A DNA stretch of 64,000 nucleotides from an uncultured Methanoregulaceae archaeon (GTDB taxonomy: Archaea; Halobacteriota; Methanomicrobia; Methanomicrobiales; Methanospirillaceae): contig CAWJAX010000005.1 in assembly GCA_963841015.1 (NCBI GenBank), positions 288,001-352,000 of the forward strand. Direction: 5' to 3'. Made by a program: the position numbers and the translations under genes. The notes under the pieces were generated by a model. It was not told the origin of the DNA, did not search any database, and saw nothing but the letters and a program-made list of their open reading frames with translations. This document shows, piece after piece, positions 62,501 to 64,000 of the stretch; within the stretch, counting starts at the first letter, position 1; each line of letters begins with the position of its first letter.

Positions 62501-62809
62501 CTGACAGATAAGAAACCGGGATCACCCCCGGGTGATGAGATCGTCAGGGTAAAGTTGCCTCAGAAACGGAACCGGGAAATATTTGGCAATGCTGAACTAA
62601 TGATGGGTGCAAATCATATCCGTGTCCGTTGTTTCGATGGCGTGACCCGGATGGGGAGAATCAAGGGAAAGATCAAAAAGAAAGTCTGGATCCGTGAAGG
62701 GGATATCCTGATAGTCATTCCATGGAACTTCCAGGACGAAAAATGTGATATCATTTACCGGTATACCGGCCCGCAGGTCGAGTGGCTCCGGCGTAATAAG
62801 TATTTGTGA
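62501..62809 (+). CDS. eif1a: Translation initiation factor aIF-1A, probable CTG start
   Basis: MGANHIRVRC.DG..R.GRI.G..KK.VWIREGD..IV.PW. The conserved RVKLP lies upstream of the track's TTG 62555; GGAGAGG precedes CTG 62501. Confidence 0.9.
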   Translation: MTDKKPGSPPGDEIVRVKLPQKRNREIFGNAELMMGANHIRVRCFDGVTRMGRIKGKIKKKVWIREGDILIVIPWNFQDEKCDIIYRYTGPQVEWLRRNKYL

Positions 62810-63064
62810 ATGCTGTTAAGATTTTTCTTTTTTTTTCAGTTTTGAAATCATGATTGGAACCAGTACTCATGACATACCTACTGTTTGCAGCTGTCAGGGT
62901 TTTCGGTCCTGGGAATCAAAAATTATTCCTAATACGAACGACATAAAATTTATTTTTAAGCCATTTTAAATTGTTTTTTTAACCAAAAAAATAAAATTTA
63001 AAGTATTTTAAAAAAAGATATGTTTATATATTTTTACATGTAATCGTCCTAATAGTGAATTATT

Positions 63065-64000
63065 ATGAGAGCGAACGCTGGCATTTTACTAATCATCGGT
63101 TTGCTGTTCCTGATAGGAACCGTTTCGGCGGTTGGGATTCCGGATACCTTGACTGTCACCACCGACAAACCTTGGATCATAGCCAATAATGTGGATCAAT
63201 CCACTATCACGGTAAAAGTAACGAATACAACAGCTCCCTATAACGGGGAGGTACAAGGAGTAATCGTAAACCTTGAAGTTGATCCGTTATATGGAAACAT
63301 AAGTCCCATACAAGTCACCACAAATGTTTCGGGAATGGCTTCAAGCACCTTCAGAGTGAGCACCAAAAGTGGGGCAGCACAAATAAATGCATCTACACCG
63401 GGTGGCGTTTCTGGTTCCACAATGCAGAATATCGATCACAACAGTGCATATTTCGCAGATTTTTCGCATCCGATCAATGGAACCGTTGCATCCGAAGTTC
63501 CTTTCACGGTATCACTCACTGACCAATATCGGAATCCTTTGGATAATCGAAGAGGAGACCATATAATAAATCTCCACGTTCATGGTCCTTTCCCGGATGA
63601 CTGCGGTTTTGCTGAAGCTGGCTATGGACATGATAGTGCCCGTATACTGGACGCCAATGGAAACACCACAGTCAATGTCAAATTAACCTCTAAAATAGGT
63701 GACAACAACATTGCGATGGACGCATATGAGAGTATCCCGAACCAACTCGAATGGATCTCTGCCGAGGCAGTAGGTAAACCATTTTCGATGACTCAGGTTT
63801 ATTCACCTTCGGGATCTCCACCGACACTTCCCGCGGACGGCGTGAGTTATTTCACGATAATTTATAATTTGTTTGATGAATACGGGAATCCAACGAATAA
63901 ACAATTTATCTGGGTAAATACATCCGTCAGCCGGTGAGGAAAGACAGTTCCTGTCAAACAATGTGGGTCAGGTTACGGTGCAATATGGTCCCAGGACTTC
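63065..64000 (+). CDS. Large secreted/cell-surface protein with Ig-like (invasin Big_1-type) repeats; +1 frameshift at about 63928, runs off the window
   Basis: Signal peptide; A.N.D.STITV, DQYRNP and ADG...D.YGNP repeats. After 63928 a shifted frame stays open to the end (AGEERQFLSNNVGQVTVQYGPRT). Confidence 0.75.

Overview
Archaeal DNA from a hydrogenotrophic methanogen, most likely Methanomicrobiales (Methanoregula-like). This placement is inferred from gene content: the atwA-mmp3-6-5-15-17-7 MCR-activation cluster, cofD, PolD DP2 with a Gln-ending mini-intein, radB, core MetE, and ubiX/ubiD/acnX mevalonate genes. Most of the window is core housekeeping. Five features stand out. (1) A 12.6-kb A/V-type ATPase locus split into two convergent halves (K-E-C-F-A-B-D on +; ORF66-H-I on -), bracketed by a divergent pair of paralogous unknown proteins, a DUF1646 membrane protein and two HEAT-repeat proteins. 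(2) An aIF-1A gene whose best in-frame start is CTG, overlapped by the stop of a 9-codon upstream ORF. (3) A 250-bp element bounded by inverted repeats, with a GC-rich multi-stem core. (4) An HPPD-fold metalloprotein in a strict anaerobe. (5) Seven single-base frameshifts, probably sequencing errors, four of which fit one TAG->TCAG pattern. One tRNA-Leu(CAA) is present. No CRISPR array, rRNA or transposase was seen. All calls come from reading motifs by eye; no searches were run.
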